Positions 39,714-55,001 of a DNA stretch of 64,000 nt are shown one piece after another (position 1 is the stretch's first letter; every line of letters starts with the position of its first letter). The stretch is from Candidatus Latescibacterota bacterium (GTDB lineage Bacteria; Latescibacterota; UBA2968). The stretch covers positions 448,001-512,000 of the forward strand of contig OZ220741.1 of the NCBI GenBank assembly GCA_965116885.1, written 5' to 3'. The notes beneath the pieces were generated by a model. That model was not told the DNA's origin and searched no databases. It worked only from the letters and a program-made list of their open reading frames with translations. Made by a program: the position numbers and the translations under genes.

Positions 39714-40310
39714 CTAAATACTCCTCAACGACCGCTTAATCACTTCCTCAATCGGTGCGTCGTCGCCCATCTCCTGCAAGACCGTTGCAACAACTTTGCG
39801 CGCCTGCACCGGATTTGCGCCCAAACCAGATAGAGCCGCCGCCGCTTCGTCTAATACATCGGGATCTGCATGCTCCACGGCATCGGATGAAAAATCTTCT
39901 GGCGTAATATCGCCAATTTTATCCTTCATTTCCAGCACCAGACGCTGCGCGAGTTTTTGACCGATGCCTTTGATACGCGTCAATCCTTTGGCATCTTCTG
40001 CGGCAACCAACCGCCTGAAATCCGCAATGGGAATACCGGACAAAATTTTCAATGCCATCGGTGGTCCAATACCCGAAACCGCGATCAGGCGCTCAAACAA
40101 ATCGCGCTCGGACACTGAGGCAAATCCGTAAAGCGTCATCGCGTCTTCCCTCACATAGAGATGCGTGAGAATATTGACGCGCCCGTCCTCAACCAAAAGC
40201 GATTCATAGCTCGACAGCGAAATATTGACGTGATACCCCACACCCTGAACATCGACAATAACATGAGTCGGGTGTTTTTCGACCAGTTGTCCTTGTAGAA
40301 ACGCAATCAT
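39714..40310 (-). CDS. ruvA: RuvA
   Basis: MIAFLQG, GVGY, VREDAMTLYGF, VSGIGP. Confidence 0.95.
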   Translation of the reverse strand: MIAFLQGQLVEKHPTHVIVDVQGVGYHVNISLSSYESLLVEDGRVNILTHLYVREDAMTLYGFASVSERDLFERLIAVSGIGPPMALKILSGIPIADFRRLVAAEDAKGLTRIKGIGQKLAQRLVLEMKDKIGDITPEDFSSDAVEHADPDVLDEAAAALSGLGANPVQARKVVATVLQEMGDDAPIEEVIKRSLRSI

Positions 40311-40314
40311 TGTA

Positions 40315-40947
40315 TCATCTTCCTCTTCGGTTCAATCGCCGCCGCGACTTCGCACTCACACCGATTTCTTTGAGTTTCTCATCAAATCGACTCTGTTCTC
40401 TACCGCCCTGTTTCAACGCCTCAATCTTCTCTGCCAGTTTATTGTCCCGTTTTCCAGGACCACGCGCAGCAACCTTCTGATGCGCATGGCACAGGGCAAT
40501 TGCCACGGCATCTGTCGCATCAAATCCCTGACCCACTGCTTCTTTCCCCAGCAATCGTTGGATCATAAATTGCACCTGTTCTTTGGACGCACTCCCCCGG
40601 CCCACAACTGCTCTTTTTACTTCGCGGGGCGCGTATTCAAAAATGGGCAGATCGGAATTGGCCAGTGCCGTCACAATAGCCCCTCGCGCCTGACACAACT
40701 TAATCAGCGATTGCGTATTGGCACCGTAAAAAACAGATTCAAGCGCAACTTCATGCGGGCTTGAATCCGCGACCAGCGCGAGCAAGTGATCGTAGATATA
40801 GAGCAAGCGCTGGGGAAAAGACAATTTATTCCCGGGCCGAATACAGCCGCATTGCAGCAACCGATTTTTCCGGTTCTGGTGCTCAACCAGACCAAAACCG
40901 GTTACCACACTACCCGGATCAATACCCAGAATGATCACGCGGACCAC
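40315..40947 (-). CDS. ruvC: Crossover junction endodeoxyribonuclease RuvC with basic C-terminal extension
   Basis: ILGIDPG, ALESVF, QARG, ASKEQV, DATDAVAIALCH. Confidence 0.94.
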   Translation of the reverse strand: MVRVIILGIDPGSVVTGFGLVEHQNRKNRLLQCGCIRPGNKLSFPQRLLYIYDHLLALVADSSPHEVALESVFYGANTQSLIKLCQARGAIVTALANSDLPIFEYAPREVKRAVVGRGSASKEQVQFMIQRLLGKEAVGQGFDATDAVAIALCHAHQKVAARGPGKRDNKLAEKIEALKQGGREQSRFDEKLKEIGVSAKSRRRLNRRGR

Positions 40948-40989
40948 CTTTTGAAGTGTGAAGGAAGAATTGCGGAGGGGGAGGGGAAA

Positions 40990-41739
40990 TCAAGCTGTCA
41001 GGGCTGATAGTTCACTATCGTCAATCTCAAAATTGGCATATACCCGCTGCACATCGTCATTGTCTTCGAGCATTTCCATCAAGGCCAACAATTGCTGCGC
41101 GATTTTGCCTTCAACGGGCACAGTACTTTGCGGAACGCGCGTCAATTCAGCGCGCTCAATCTCAATACCCGCCTCTTCAACCGCCTTGCGAACGCTTTCA
41201 AAATCGGGCAGGGATGCATAAACTTCATAGACACTCTCTTCTTCTGCAATATCCTCGGCACCGGCATCCAACGCCACCAGCATTATCTCATCCTCTTCCA
41301 CACCCTCTTTGGGCACCGAAATCAGGCCCTTTTGCTCAAACACCCATGCCACGGCACCACTTTCGGCCATACTGCCGTTGTATTTGCTAAACAAATGCCG
41401 CACTTCGGACACCGTGCGGTTGCGATTATCTGTCAGAGTTTCAACAAACATGGCCACACCACCCGGCCCGTAGCCCTCGTAAATCGCACCTTCATAAGAC
41501 TCGCCTTCAAGCTCTCCCGTACCCTTTTTAATCGCGCGATCAATATTGACCATAGGCATATTTTCCGCCTTCGCACTCAGAACAGCCGCACGCAGACGCG
41601 GATTGTTCGCTTCATCGCCACCAGCCTCGCGGGCAGCCACGGTAATCTCTCGAATCAGCTTGGTAAACGCCTTGCCTCGAGCCGCGTCCTGACGGCCCTT
41701 GCGATGCTTGATATTTGCCCATTTAGAATGTCCAGCCAT
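40990..41739 (-). CDS. yebC: YebC/PmpR family protein
   Basis: MAGHSKWANIKHRKG, YEGYGPGGVA, TDNRNRT. True start is ATG 41739. Confidence 0.95.
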   Translation of the reverse strand: MAGHSKWANIKHRKGRQDAARGKAFTKLIREITVAAREAGGDEANNPRLRAAVLSAKAENMPMVNIDRAIKKGTGELEGESYEGAIYEGYGPGGVAMFVETLTDNRNRTVSEVRHLFSKYNGSMAESGAVAWVFEQKGLISVPKEGVEEDEIMLVALDAGAEDIAEEESVYEVYASLPDFESVRKAVEEAGIEIERAELTRVPQSTVPVEGKIAQQLLALMEMLEDNDDVQRVYANFEIDDSELSALTA

Positions 41740-41824
41740 CCTTCTATACTCCTTTATTTTTAGGTCTCCTATTACCTTAATCCAAATGTAGTCAGAACCC
41801 CGCCATTGTGCAATAGGAAATACG

Positions 41825-43252
41825 CTATTTACGAACTTGCAACATATCCATAAATTCCCACACGGGCATAGTATCCAAAGCCGAACTTTCAAACACAGCC
41901 AAAATATCTTGTACCTGCTGCGCCTCAAACCGCGTTGTCATATTTTTCACAAACTTTTCCACCAGCAAGGGCGCGGCCTCCTCCCGCCTTCTTCGATGCC
42001 CGATGGGATATTCCACCGTCACGGCCTCTGTCGCCGATCCATCTTTGAAAAACACCTGCACGGTATTGGCAATGGACCGCTTGTCAGGATTGTGGTAATC
42101 CCGCGTAAACCGCGCATTTTCCGTCACCACCATCTTTTTTCTCAACAGATCGATGCGCGCGTCCTCCGCGCGCTCCTCTTCATAGTCATCTGCAGTCAAA
42201 TCGCCAAAAATCAGCCCTATCGCCACCATATATTGCAAGCAGTGATCTCGATCTGCGGGATTGTACAGCGGACCGGTCTTATCGATAATTTTTACGGCAG
42301 CTTCGTGTGTCTCAATCACCACCCGCTCCACTGCCTCCAAACGCGGCGCCACCTCATTGTGCAACGCAAACGCGGCTTCTACCGCTGTCTGTGCGTGAAA
42401 TTCAGCGGGAAAAGACACCTTGAACAACACATTTTCCATCACATAAGAACCGTACACGCGCTGAAACCGAAACCGATCGCCATTCCACAAGCGGTCGTAA
42501 AAACCCCACACAGGCGCTGACAGAGCCGTTGGATATCCCATCTCGCCGCGCCTTGTCTGCAATGCCAAAAATACACCACGCGCTGTCGCATCTCCCGCCG
42601 CCCAACTCTTGCGCGAACCCGTATTGGGCGCATGCCGATAGGTTCGCAAAGGACCCAAATCGCACCATACCTGCGACAATGCATTGACAACCTGCGCCTC
42701 ATCACATCCCAACAGCCCAGCAGAAACCGCCGCACTCGCCAACTTCACCAAAATCACATGATCCAGTCCCCGGGCATTAAAACTGTTTTCCAATGCCATC
42801 ACACCCTGAACCTCATGCGCTTTGATCATCGCCACGAGCACATCCCGCATCACCAGTGTATCTCTCCCCTGTGCCCGTTGCGTGCGCGACATCCAGTCCG
42901 CCACCCCGAGAATTGCACCCAGATTGTCCGAAGGATGGCCCCACTCCGCCGCCAACCACGTATCGTTAAAATCCAGCCACCGCACCAGTGTCCCAATATT
43001 AAACGCGGCAGTCACAGGATCGAGTTCGCAATCCGTACCCGGCACCCGCGCACCGTGCGGCACAATTGTTCCCGGCACCACGGGACCGAGCATCTTCGCA
43101 CACTCAGAAAACCGCAATGCCAACACCGCACACCCCAAACTATCCATCAGACACAATCGAGCTGTCTGAAAAGCCTCCTCGGAATTCACCTCACAATCCA
43201 GCACGTACTGTGCGATAGTCACCAGTTCTCTATCCGGTGTTCTATCATCCAT
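41825..43252 (-). CDS. prpD: 2-methylcitrate dehydratase
   Basis: [52 protein letters not shown]. Confidence 0.95.
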   Translation of the reverse strand: MDDRTPDRELVTIAQYVLDCEVNSEEAFQTARLCLMDSLGCAVLALRFSECAKMLGPVVPGTIVPHGARVPGTDCELDPVTAAFNIGTLVRWLDFNDTWLAAEWGHPSDNLGAILGVADWMSRTQRAQGRDTLVMRDVLVAMIKAHEVQGVMALENSFNARGLDHVILVKLASAAVSAGLLGCDEAQVVNALSQVWCDLGPLRTYRHAPNTGSRKSWAAGDATARGVFLALQTRRGEMGYPTALSAPVWGFYDRLWNGDRFRFQRVYGSYVMENVLFKVSFPAEFHAQTAVEAAFALHNEVAPRLEAVERVVIETHEAAVKIIDKTGPLYNPADRDHCLQYMVAIGLIFGDLTADDYEEERAEDARIDLLRKKMVVTENARFTRDYHNPDKRSIANTVQVFFKDGSATEAVTVEYPIGHRRRREEAAPLLVEKFVKNMTTRFEAQQVQDILAVFESSALDTMPVWEFMDMLQVRK

Positions 43253-43268
43253 GGCAATCCCCAAGCTA

Positions 43269-44366
43269 TTAGCCCCTTTCTTCTATCGGCACATAATCTC
43301 GCGCCTCTATCCCCGTATAGTCTGCCAGAGGCCGAATCAGTCTATTATCCGCCCGCTGTTCCATCACATGAGCAGCCCAACCGCTACAGCGACTGAGCAC
43401 AAATATAGGCGTGAAAAGCGCCGTCTCAATACCGGCCATATGATACGCTGTTGCCGAATAAAAATCCAGATTTGGAAACAACTTTTTTTCATCCCACATA
43501 ACCCGTTCAATCGCTTCAGAAATCTCGTACAGACGCATATCGCCCATTGCTTCACTCACCTGACGCGCCCAATGTTTAATAATCGCATTGCGCGGATCTC
43601 GCACGCGATAAACCCCGTGCCCAAACCCCATAATCAATTCTCTGCGCGCCAGCATCTCTCGCACACCTGTTGCTGCGTCTTCAGGCGTCTCGAACTGCTC
43701 AATCAATTCCATTGCCCGCTCGTTCGCGCCCCCGTGCAAAGGCCCGCTCAAAGTGCCAATTGCCCCGGCAATACAGCCATAAAAATCGGCAAGCGTAGAA
43801 GCGCATACTCTCGCCGTAAATGTCGAGGCATTAAACTCGTGCTCGGCATATAAAATCAACGACGCATCCATCATCCGACACGCCAAATCCAAAGGCGTAT
43901 CCGCTTTGAGCATATGCAAGATATAAGTCGCGTGATCATCCACATCCACATCCAAAACATCCGCACCTATATGCCAGATCCCCAGCATAGAGGGCAATGC
44001 ACCTATAAGCCGCACAGCCACAGCATCCCCCAAATCCCGTTCTGGCTCGGCAATGCCAAGTGCCGATACACCGGTTCGCAAAACATCCATCGGATGCGCA
44101 TCTGAAGGCAGCGAACTCAGAACCCGCACAACCAGGTCTGGCAACTGTCGGTGCGCCCGCAACTGCATCTTCAACGCATCCAATTCCCTTTCAGTGGGCA
44201 ATGCCCCCCACAACAACAAATGTACGATTTCCTCAAAACAGGCAAATTGTGATAGGTCTTCAATAGCATAGCCCCGATAGTGCAAACCGTGACCTTCTGC
44301 GCCCACAGTACAAATCGACGTACTGCCAGCCTTAACTCCTCTCAAGCCTGTCGTCTGTTTGCTCAC
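43269..44366 (-). CDS. prpC: 2-methylcitrate synthase
   Basis: [31 protein letters not shown], located between prpB and prpD. Confidence 0.92.
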   Translation of the reverse strand: MSKQTTGLRGVKAGSTSICTVGAEGHGLHYRGYAIEDLSQFACFEEIVHLLLWGALPTERELDALKMQLRAHRQLPDLVVRVLSSLPSDAHPMDVLRTGVSALGIAEPERDLGDAVAVRLIGALPSMLGIWHIGADVLDVDVDDHATYILHMLKADTPLDLACRMMDASLILYAEHEFNASTFTARVCASTLADFYGCIAGAIGTLSGPLHGGANERAMELIEQFETPEDAATGVREMLARRELIMGFGHGVYRVRDPRNAIIKHWARQVSEAMGDMRLYEISEAIERVMWDEKKLFPNLDFYSATAYHMAGIETALFTPIFVLSRCSGWAAHVMEQRADNRLIRPLADYTGIEARDYVPIEERG

Positions 44367-44380
44367 AGTATCCTCCTCTC

Positions 44381-44418
44381 AAAAAAAGGTCGTGAGCATT
44401 TTCACTCACGACCTTTTT
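44381..44418. terminator. Intergenic hairpin with U-tracts between prpB and prpC
   Basis: aaaaaaaggtcgtgag-N8-ctcacgaccttttt. Confidence 0.65.
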
Positions 44419-44440
44419 CCACAAAATCTCCTCAGGCGCT

Positions 44441-45316
44441 TCACGCGCCATAAAGTCGATTGACCTGCACCTCATACCTGTAATAATCCAGCAATTCGTA
44501 GAGTTCTTCGCGCGTCTGCATCTCGTTTATCAACGCGCCTTGCGCGCCCTGTGTCCGCAGCGTTTTATACGCCCGATAAGCAACCTCATTCATCATTCTA
44601 AACGCCGTGAGAGGATACAGCACCATGGCGACACCCGCACCTCTCATCTCGTCCAGATCAAACAGAGGCGTTTGTCCAAACTCGGTGAGATTCGCCAGCA
44701 CAGGTACAGAAAGCCTTTGGGCAAATACGCGAAAATCCTCCAGCGAACACAAGGCTTCTGCAAAAATCGCATCCGCACCGGCAGCAATGTATTCCCGGGC
44801 GCGATTGACGCCGCATTCCAAACCCTCATTGGCCACGGAATCCGTTCGCGCCATAATCACAAACTCGCTGTCTGAACGCGCGTCAACCGCTGCCTTGATA
44901 CGGTCGCACATCTCCTCGGCAGGAACCACCTGTTTTCCCGGGCGATGTCCACACCGTTTTTGTAAGACCTGATCTTCAATATGAACAGCGGCAACGCCAA
45001 TTTTTTCCAGCGTCTTTACCGCGCGACCAATCGAAAAAGAAGTACCGCCGAACCCGGTATCGATGTCAACCAACAGCGGCAAATCCACCACATCTGTAAT
45101 CCGCCGGGCATCCTCGACCACATTATCCAGTGTTGTAATACCCAAATCGGGCAAACCATAAGAAGCAGCAGCCACGCCCGAGCCGGAAAGATAAAGCACG
45201 CGAAATCCCGCTTGTTTTGCCATCAGCGCAGATATGGCATTGATAGTACCCACAATCTGCAAGGGTCGTTCTGCGTCCAGTGCCGCCCTGAACCTGCGCC
45301 CGGCTGACATCATCAT
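44441..45316 (-). CDS. prpB: Methylisocitrate lyase
   Basis: YLSGSGVA..GLPDLG, VDIDTGFG, HIEDQ..KRCGH. Confidence 0.95.
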   Translation of the reverse strand: MMMSAGRRFRAALDAERPLQIVGTINAISALMAKQAGFRVLYLSGSGVAAASYGLPDLGITTLDNVVEDARRITDVVDLPLLVDIDTGFGGTSFSIGRAVKTLEKIGVAAVHIEDQVLQKRCGHRPGKQVVPAEEMCDRIKAAVDARSDSEFVIMARTDSVANEGLECGVNRAREYIAAGADAIFAEALCSLEDFRVFAQRLSVPVLANLTEFGQTPLFDLDEMRGAGVAMVLYPLTAFRMMNEVAYRAYKTLRTQGAQGALINEMQTREELYELLDYYRYEVQVNRLYGA

Positions 45317-45320
45317 CTCC

Positions 45321-47402
45321 TTATGCTTCTACCAACTCGCGATCGTGTTCGGACTCCTCAATAACCTTTTGCGTCACATGGTGAGGGGCAGACTCATAGT
45401 GGGAAAACGCCATGGTATAATCGCCTGTACCCTGTGTCATAGAGCGCAAAGAAGTCGAATATTTGTAAAGATCGGCCAGCGGAACTTCGGCGTGAATAAC
45501 CTGGAAATTACCCTCGGGATCCATGCCTTGAATACGCCCGCGGCGCCCATTGAGATCCGCCATCACATCTCCCATATAGGAATCGGGAACAACGACGCGA
45601 ACCTTATAGATGGGTTCTAACAAAATGGGTTTGGCATCCATAAATGCATTTTGAAATGCGAAGGAACCGGCCAGCTTAAAAGCCATATCAGAAGAGTCAA
45701 CAGGATGGAAGGACCCATCGTAAACCGTAACCTGCGTATCGACAACGGGATATCCGGCAAGCACACCGCGTTGCATGCATTCCACAACACCTTTTTCAAC
45801 AGCCGGAATAAATTTTCCGGGAATCGCACCACCTACAACCTCGTCTATAAATTCAAAGCCATCACCGCGCTGCCTGGGCGCAACGCGCAAATAAGCTTCG
45901 CCATATTGACCGCGCCCACCGCTTTGTTTTCTGTGACGATACTGCGCTTCTGAACGCGATAGAATGGTCTCGCGGTACGGTATCCGCGGTTCGGCCACTT
46001 CTACATCCACGCCAAATTTGCTCTTCAACTTGTCAAACACGACCGTCAAATGTAACTCGCCCTGTCCCTGGGCAATAATCTGACGCAATTCCGAGTCATA
46101 CCCGGCGACAAAGCTCGGGTCTTCTTCGTGAATGCTTTGCAATCCAGCGCTAATTTTGTCTTCGTCGCCACGCGATTTGGGTTCTACGGCCACGCGAATC
46201 AAAGGGTGTGGAAATTCGACCGATTGAATTTGCAAGCGCGTGTTTCTGCTGCAAAGCGTATTGCCCGTATGCGTATCCTTTAGCTTGATCAACGCGCCAA
46301 TATCACCTGCGCCCAAAACGTCCATATCCTCGCGCTTTCCACCACTCATCGAATAAATTTGGCCAATGCGCTCACTGGCTCGGCGATTGGGATTAAATAC
46401 ATCGTCGCCAGATTGGACACTACCGGAATACACGCGCAAAAATGACAGATCACCTACAGACTCGGAAATCGTTTTGAACACCACGGCAGCCAAAGGGTCA
46501 CCATCGCTTACAGTAAGTGCCATTTCTTCTTCGGATCCTTCTTTATAGGCTGTGGGAATTGGCAAGTCGAGCGGACCGGGTGCGAATGCAGAAAGAAAAT
46601 CAAGCAATAAATCAACACCAATATTTTTATTGGCGGCACTCACAAAAATGGGAAACAAAGTGCGATTGACCATCCCAATTTTGACCCCTTGTGCAATCTC
46701 TTCGTCTGTCAATTCCCCTTCTTCTAAATAGCTCTCAATCAAATCGTCGTCACTTTCGGCAACCCCTTCAACCACCTGTTCCCTCAAGTCCTCAGCCTGA
46801 TCTTGCCATTCTGAAGGAATCTCCGAAGCCTCCGCTTTACCATCGGTATAAGTTACCAATTTCATCTGCAAAACATCGATGATCTGATTAAACCCTTCGC
46901 CGGCATTGACCGGAATCTGAAAGGGAACAGCCCCATTTCCAAAATGTTCCTGTATTGCCGAAAACGCACCATCGCAATCGGCAAATTCCCGATCGACGTG
47001 ATTGACCAAAAACACAGTTGCGCGATTAAATTCATCGGCAAAACCAAAAGCTTTATCTGTTCCAATCTCTACCCCACTGGCCGCATTGACCAGCGTAAGG
47101 GCAATATCAGATGCCCAAATCGCGGCTTTTGCATCGCCAATAAAGTCGGCATAACCAGGAGCATCCAGAATATTTATTTTGGTACCCTTCCAATCGCAGT
47201 GCAACATGGATGTACTGATAGAGATTTTGCGCTCAACCTCTGCATCGGTATAATCCGACAGCGTATTTCCCTCATCGACTACCCCGAGGCGATTGGTTGC
47301 ACCAGCAGAAAACATCACGGCTTCGGCAACGGACGTTTTGCCCGTGCCGCCGTGACCCGAGAGGGCGATGTTCCTGATATTTTCAGGTGTATATCTATTC
47401 AC
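45321..47402 (-). CDS. fusA: Elongation factor G, EF-G2-like paralog
   Basis: GHGGTGKT, DAPGYADF, GQGELHL, KQSGGRGQYG, FHPVDSS. Not in a str operon. Confidence 0.9.
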   Translation of the reverse strand: MNRYTPENIRNIALSGHGGTGKTSVAEAVMFSAGATNRLGVVDEGNTLSDYTDAEVERKISISTSMLHCDWKGTKINILDAPGYADFIGDAKAAIWASDIALTLVNAASGVEIGTDKAFGFADEFNRATVFLVNHVDREFADCDGAFSAIQEHFGNGAVPFQIPVNAGEGFNQIIDVLQMKLVTYTDGKAEASEIPSEWQDQAEDLREQVVEGVAESDDDLIESYLEEGELTDEEIAQGVKIGMVNRTLFPIFVSAANKNIGVDLLLDFLSAFAPGPLDLPIPTAYKEGSEEEMALTVSDGDPLAAVVFKTISESVGDLSFLRVYSGSVQSGDDVFNPNRRASERIGQIYSMSGGKREDMDVLGAGDIGALIKLKDTHTGNTLCSRNTRLQIQSVEFPHPLIRVAVEPKSRGDEDKISAGLQSIHEEDPSFVAGYDSELRQIIAQGQGELHLTVVFDKLKSKFGVDVEVAEPRIPYRETILSRSEAQYRHRKQSGGRGQYGEAYLRVAPRQRGDGFEFIDEVVGGAIPGKFIPAVEKGVVECMQRGVLAGYPVVDTQVTVYDGSFHPVDSSDMAFKLAGSFAFQNAFMDAKPILLEPIYKVRVVVPDSYMGDVMADLNGRRGRIQGMDPEGNFQVIHAEVPLADLYKYSTSLRSMTQGTGDYTMAFSHYESAPHHVTQKVIEESEHDRELVEA

Positions 47403-47514
47403 AGTAACCTCCTATATCAGTATTAAATGCTCGTTTTGAAATTCGAAAAATAAGGCGCGTATAATTGCAAAACAAACGGGTTTTGTCAAGCACTCTTTTG
47501 ATCTTGTGTGACAC

Positions 47515-47548
47515 AAAAAAAGCCCGGATTTTATATCCGGGCTTTTTT
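47515..47548. terminator. rrn terminator
   Basis: aaaaaagcccggat-tttat-atccgggctttttt downstream of 5S. Confidence 0.85.
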
Positions 47549-47554
47549 ATATAA

Positions 47555-47672
<118 letters not shown>

Positions 47673-47741
47673 AAAATTTAATCGAATATGAATTGAGCGC
47701 CAAAACAAAGCACAGAAGCGATCTGCTGAAAAGTGTTAAAA

Positions 47742-50771
<3,030 letters not shown>

Positions 50772-50900
50772 AAAACAGGTTTTCAGCAGATCACTACTGT
50801 GCTCTGCAAAGAATCCATACTTCAGTTTGGCAAATTGTGTATACCCAATTCATATTCAATTGTCAAAGAGCAGTTACAAATTCTGTTCAAAATACAACTT

Positions 50901-50976
50901 TGGTGGAGATAACCGGGATCGAACCGGTGACCTCCGGCTTGCAAAGCCGGCGCTCTCCCATCTGAGCTATATCCCC
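50901..50976 (-). tRNA. tRNA-Ala(UGC)
   Basis: GGGGATATAGCTCAG..TTTGCAA..GGTTCGATCC..TCCACCA. Confidence 0.96.
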
Positions 50977-50991
50977 AAATATTTTGTAGTT

Positions 50992-51068
50992 TGGTGGGCC
51001 TAAGTGGAGTTGAACCACTGACCTCGCGCTTATCAGGCGCGCGCTCTAACCAACTGAGCTATAGGCCC
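50992..51068 (-). tRNA. tRNA-Ile(GAU)
   Basis: GGGCCTATAGCTCAG..CTGATAA..GGTTCAACT..GGCCCACCA. Confidence 0.96.
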
Positions 51069-51186
51069 GCCTTAAAAAGCCGGGAAAAATCCCGGCCTTT
51101 CAAAAACCAAATAACGTGCACATGCCAAACCTGGTATTGACCTTAGGAGTAGATGTAAGCGCCTGTGGCCTTACATCGCGTCTCCC

Positions 51187-52733
<1,547 letters not shown>

Positions 52734-52840
52734 AAAAAATGAGAGAGCCCATATTATGGGCTTTTTTTGCAAATTACTGAAATTCTCAAAAAATTTTGAG
52801 AACCTACCAAGCTTTTGAATAACACATGCACGTTATTTGA

Positions 52841-52986
52841 TTTTCAAAGAACAAAATAGGCACTTTTGACTTACGAAGTGCCGGTAAGGGGTAAATCTAT
52901 CAAATCGACTTTCGCAAGTCAAGCAAAATTCTGCACCATTTTTGATGCAGAGCGCGAAATATATAAAACAAGAACGCGAAAGTCAA
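52841..52986 (-). promoter_or_regulatory. rrn tandem promoters P1/P2 and boxA
   Basis: TTGACT-17-TATATT (52986-52958), TTGACT-17-TAGATT (52922-52894), boxA-like GTTCTTTGAAAA (52852-52841). A second boxA, TGCTCTTTGACA, lies at 50872-50861. Confidence 0.8.
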
Positions 52987-52993
52987 ACTATTT

Positions 52994-53476
52994 TTAAAAA
53001 AACTCTCCTCTCACACGACCTTCTTCAACATCTGCTTCACCATCAAACTGCCTCAAATAGCGCACTGCCCGCTCCATATCTTTTTTTACCCACGCGTCGG
53101 GTTCAGACGCCATAGCGCGTTCAAGTGCTGAAATGGCTTCGGGCTCTTCAATTTGCATCAATGCCCATGCGACAATCTGGCGCACATCCCGGTCTTTGTC
53201 TCCAAGCATTCGGATCAGGTCGCGCAATGCCTCCTTCGCCCGCAACATTCCCAACGCCCAGGCGGCCTTTGTGCGCACAGATGTGACAGTGTCGCGCAAA
53301 GCAGCGCGCAAATGGGGAACAGCCTCAAAAACTCGCTGTGCGCCCAAAAAAGCAGCCGCATCAACGCGCTGATCAACCGTCCCCGATCGCAATTGCCGAA
53401 GATAATCGCCATGTGGAGAGCTACAGCCACATAAAAAAAGCAACAGTACTGGCAGTATTTTTTTTATTGAATACAT
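52994..53476 (-). CDS. HEAT-repeat lipoprotein
   Basis: Lipobox [14 protein letters not shown] and VRQIVAWAL repeats. Confidence 0.8.
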   Translation of the reverse strand: MYSIKKILPVLLLFLCGCSSPHGDYLRQLRSGTVDQRVDAAAFLGAQRVFEAVPHLRAALRDTVTSVRTKAAWALGMLRAKEALRDLIRMLGDKDRDVRQIVAWALMQIEEPEAISALERAMASEPDAWVKKDMERAVRYLRQFDGEADVEEGRVRGEFF

Positions 53477-54753
53477 GCTTTCAGAGCTTCGTAATTTGCC
53501 TTTATAGTCTTGTCAATATCCGCGTCAGAATGGGCCAGAGAGACAAACGCAGCCTCAAACTGCGACGGAGCCAGATAAACACCTCGATTGAGCATCTCCC
53601 GAAAATATCGAGCGAACAAATCCTGATCGCACGCATTGGCAGCATCAAATGACGTCACAGGTGATTCCGTAAAAAATAAGGTCATGATCGAACCCACCCG
53701 ATTGGTCTGATATTTCAATCCCAGAGCTTTTAAGTTTTCCGAAATACCCGTCTCCAGAGTCTGTGCTTTTGCCTCCAACACCTCATAAACACCCGGTTCT
53801 TGCAATCGTCGGAGTGTCTCATATCCCGCTGTCATAGCCAGGGGATTGCCCGACAATGTGCCGGCCTGCGACACCATTTTTCCCAGAGGTGAAATATCTG
53901 ACATAATTTCTCGCCTACCACCAAAAGCACCAACGGGCAGCCCACCGCCAATAATCTTCCCCAGAGTCGTCAAGTCAGGCGTCACCCCATAAAGCTCCTG
54001 CGCCCCACCCTGACTGACGCGGAACCCGGTGATGACCTCATCGAAAATCAGCACAATATCCATTTCTGCCGTTATATCTCTCAATCCCTGTAAAAAACCC
54101 GGCGCCGGCGGAATCACCCCCATATTGCCAGCCACAGGCTCAACAATAACAGCGGCGATCTCATCCCTATTTTCCACAACGGCTTTTTCTACGGCCTCCA
54201 GATCATTAAAAGGCACAGTAATCGAATCCGCTGCAGTTCCAGGTGTAACCCCCGGGCTGCTCGGCGCGCCCATCGTGAGTGCCGAAGACCCCGCCTGAAT
54301 CAGAAAACTATCGGCATGCCCATGCCAGCACCCCTCAAATTTGACAATTTTGTTTCGCCCCGTGTGTCCGCGAGCCAGCCGAATAGCCGACATCGTGGCT
54401 TCGGTGCCCGAATTTACCATCCGCACCATTTCCACACTCGGCACCATTTCAGTGACCAATTGGGCCATCTTCACTTCAATTTCTGTCGGCGCGCCAAAAC
54501 TCGTACCCCCAGCGGCAGCTGCGTTGACAGCCGCGACAATTTCTGGATGTGCATGGCCCAAAATAAGCGGTCCCCAGGACCCTACAAAATCGATATAAGA
54601 TGCCCCATCGGCATCGACAATTCGCGCTCCCTCACCTTTCACAATAAAGAGCGGATCACCACCCACGGGACCATAAGCTCTTGCGGGACTATTCACACCG
54701 CCGGGAATCACCTGTTGTGCTGCGTCAAATAGCGTCTTTGAACGCGTATTCAA
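53464..54753 (-). CDS. hemL: Glutamate-1-semialdehyde 2,1-aminomutase
   Basis: [49 protein letters not shown]. Confidence 0.96.
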   Translation of the reverse strand: MNTRSKTLFDAAQQVIPGGVNSPARAYGPVGGDPLFIVKGEGARIVDADGASYIDFVGSWGPLILGHAHPEIVAAVNAAAAGGTSFGAPTEIEVKMAQLVTEMVPSVEMVRMVNSGTEATMSAIRLARGHTGRNKIVKFEGCWHGHADSFLIQAGSSALTMGAPSSPGVTPGTAADSITVPFNDLEAVEKAVVENRDEIAAVIVEPVAGNMGVIPPAPGFLQGLRDITAEMDIVLIFDEVITGFRVSQGGAQELYGVTPDLTTLGKIIGGGLPVGAFGGRREIMSDISPLGKMVSQAGTLSGNPLAMTAGYETLRRLQEPGVYEVLEAKAQTLETGISENLKALGLKYQTNRVGSIMTLFFTESPVTSFDAANACDQDLFARYFREMLNRGVYLAPSQFEAAFVSLAHSDADIDKTIKANYEALKACIQ

Positions 54754-54872
54754 ATTACACCTCCGTGAAAAGACAAATGGAATATTGTGACAACATCTTA
54801 ATTACACCTCTCACTGTCAAGCTAATTCATCCACTTGCAAAACACGACCACAATCCGTATATTATTTGCACA

Positions 54873-54946
54873 GCGGCAGTAGCTCAATTGGATAGAGCAT
54901 CTGGCTTCGGACCAGAGGGTTGGGGGTTCGAGTCCTCTCTGCCGCA
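54873..54946 (+). tRNA. tRNA-Arg(UCG), CCA not encoded
   Basis: GCGGCAG TA GCTC..GAGC A TCTGG CT-TCG-GA CCAGA GGGTT GGGGG TTCGAGT CCTCT CTGCCGC A. Confidence 0.93.
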
Positions 54947-54954
54947 CTTTCTTT

Positions 54955-54989
54955 TTCAGGCACTTAAAAATTAAGTGCCTGAATTTTTT
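54955..54989 (+). terminator. Terminator after tRNA-Arg
   Basis: ttcaggcacttaa-aaa-ttaagtgcctgaa-tttttt. Confidence 0.75.
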
Positions 54990-55001
54990 ATCATCACACC
55001 T

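Noticed and set aside
41740..41928. N-terminal extension of the yebC ORF (likewise coxG to 25615 and the antitoxin from 21169)
   Set aside because: These overlap neighbouring genes or terminators. Canonical starts with RBS lie downstream.
54946..55001. Integrative element at tRNA-Arg
   Set aside because: No integrase and no duplicated tRNA 3' end. It is flanked by the core genes hemL and uvrA.
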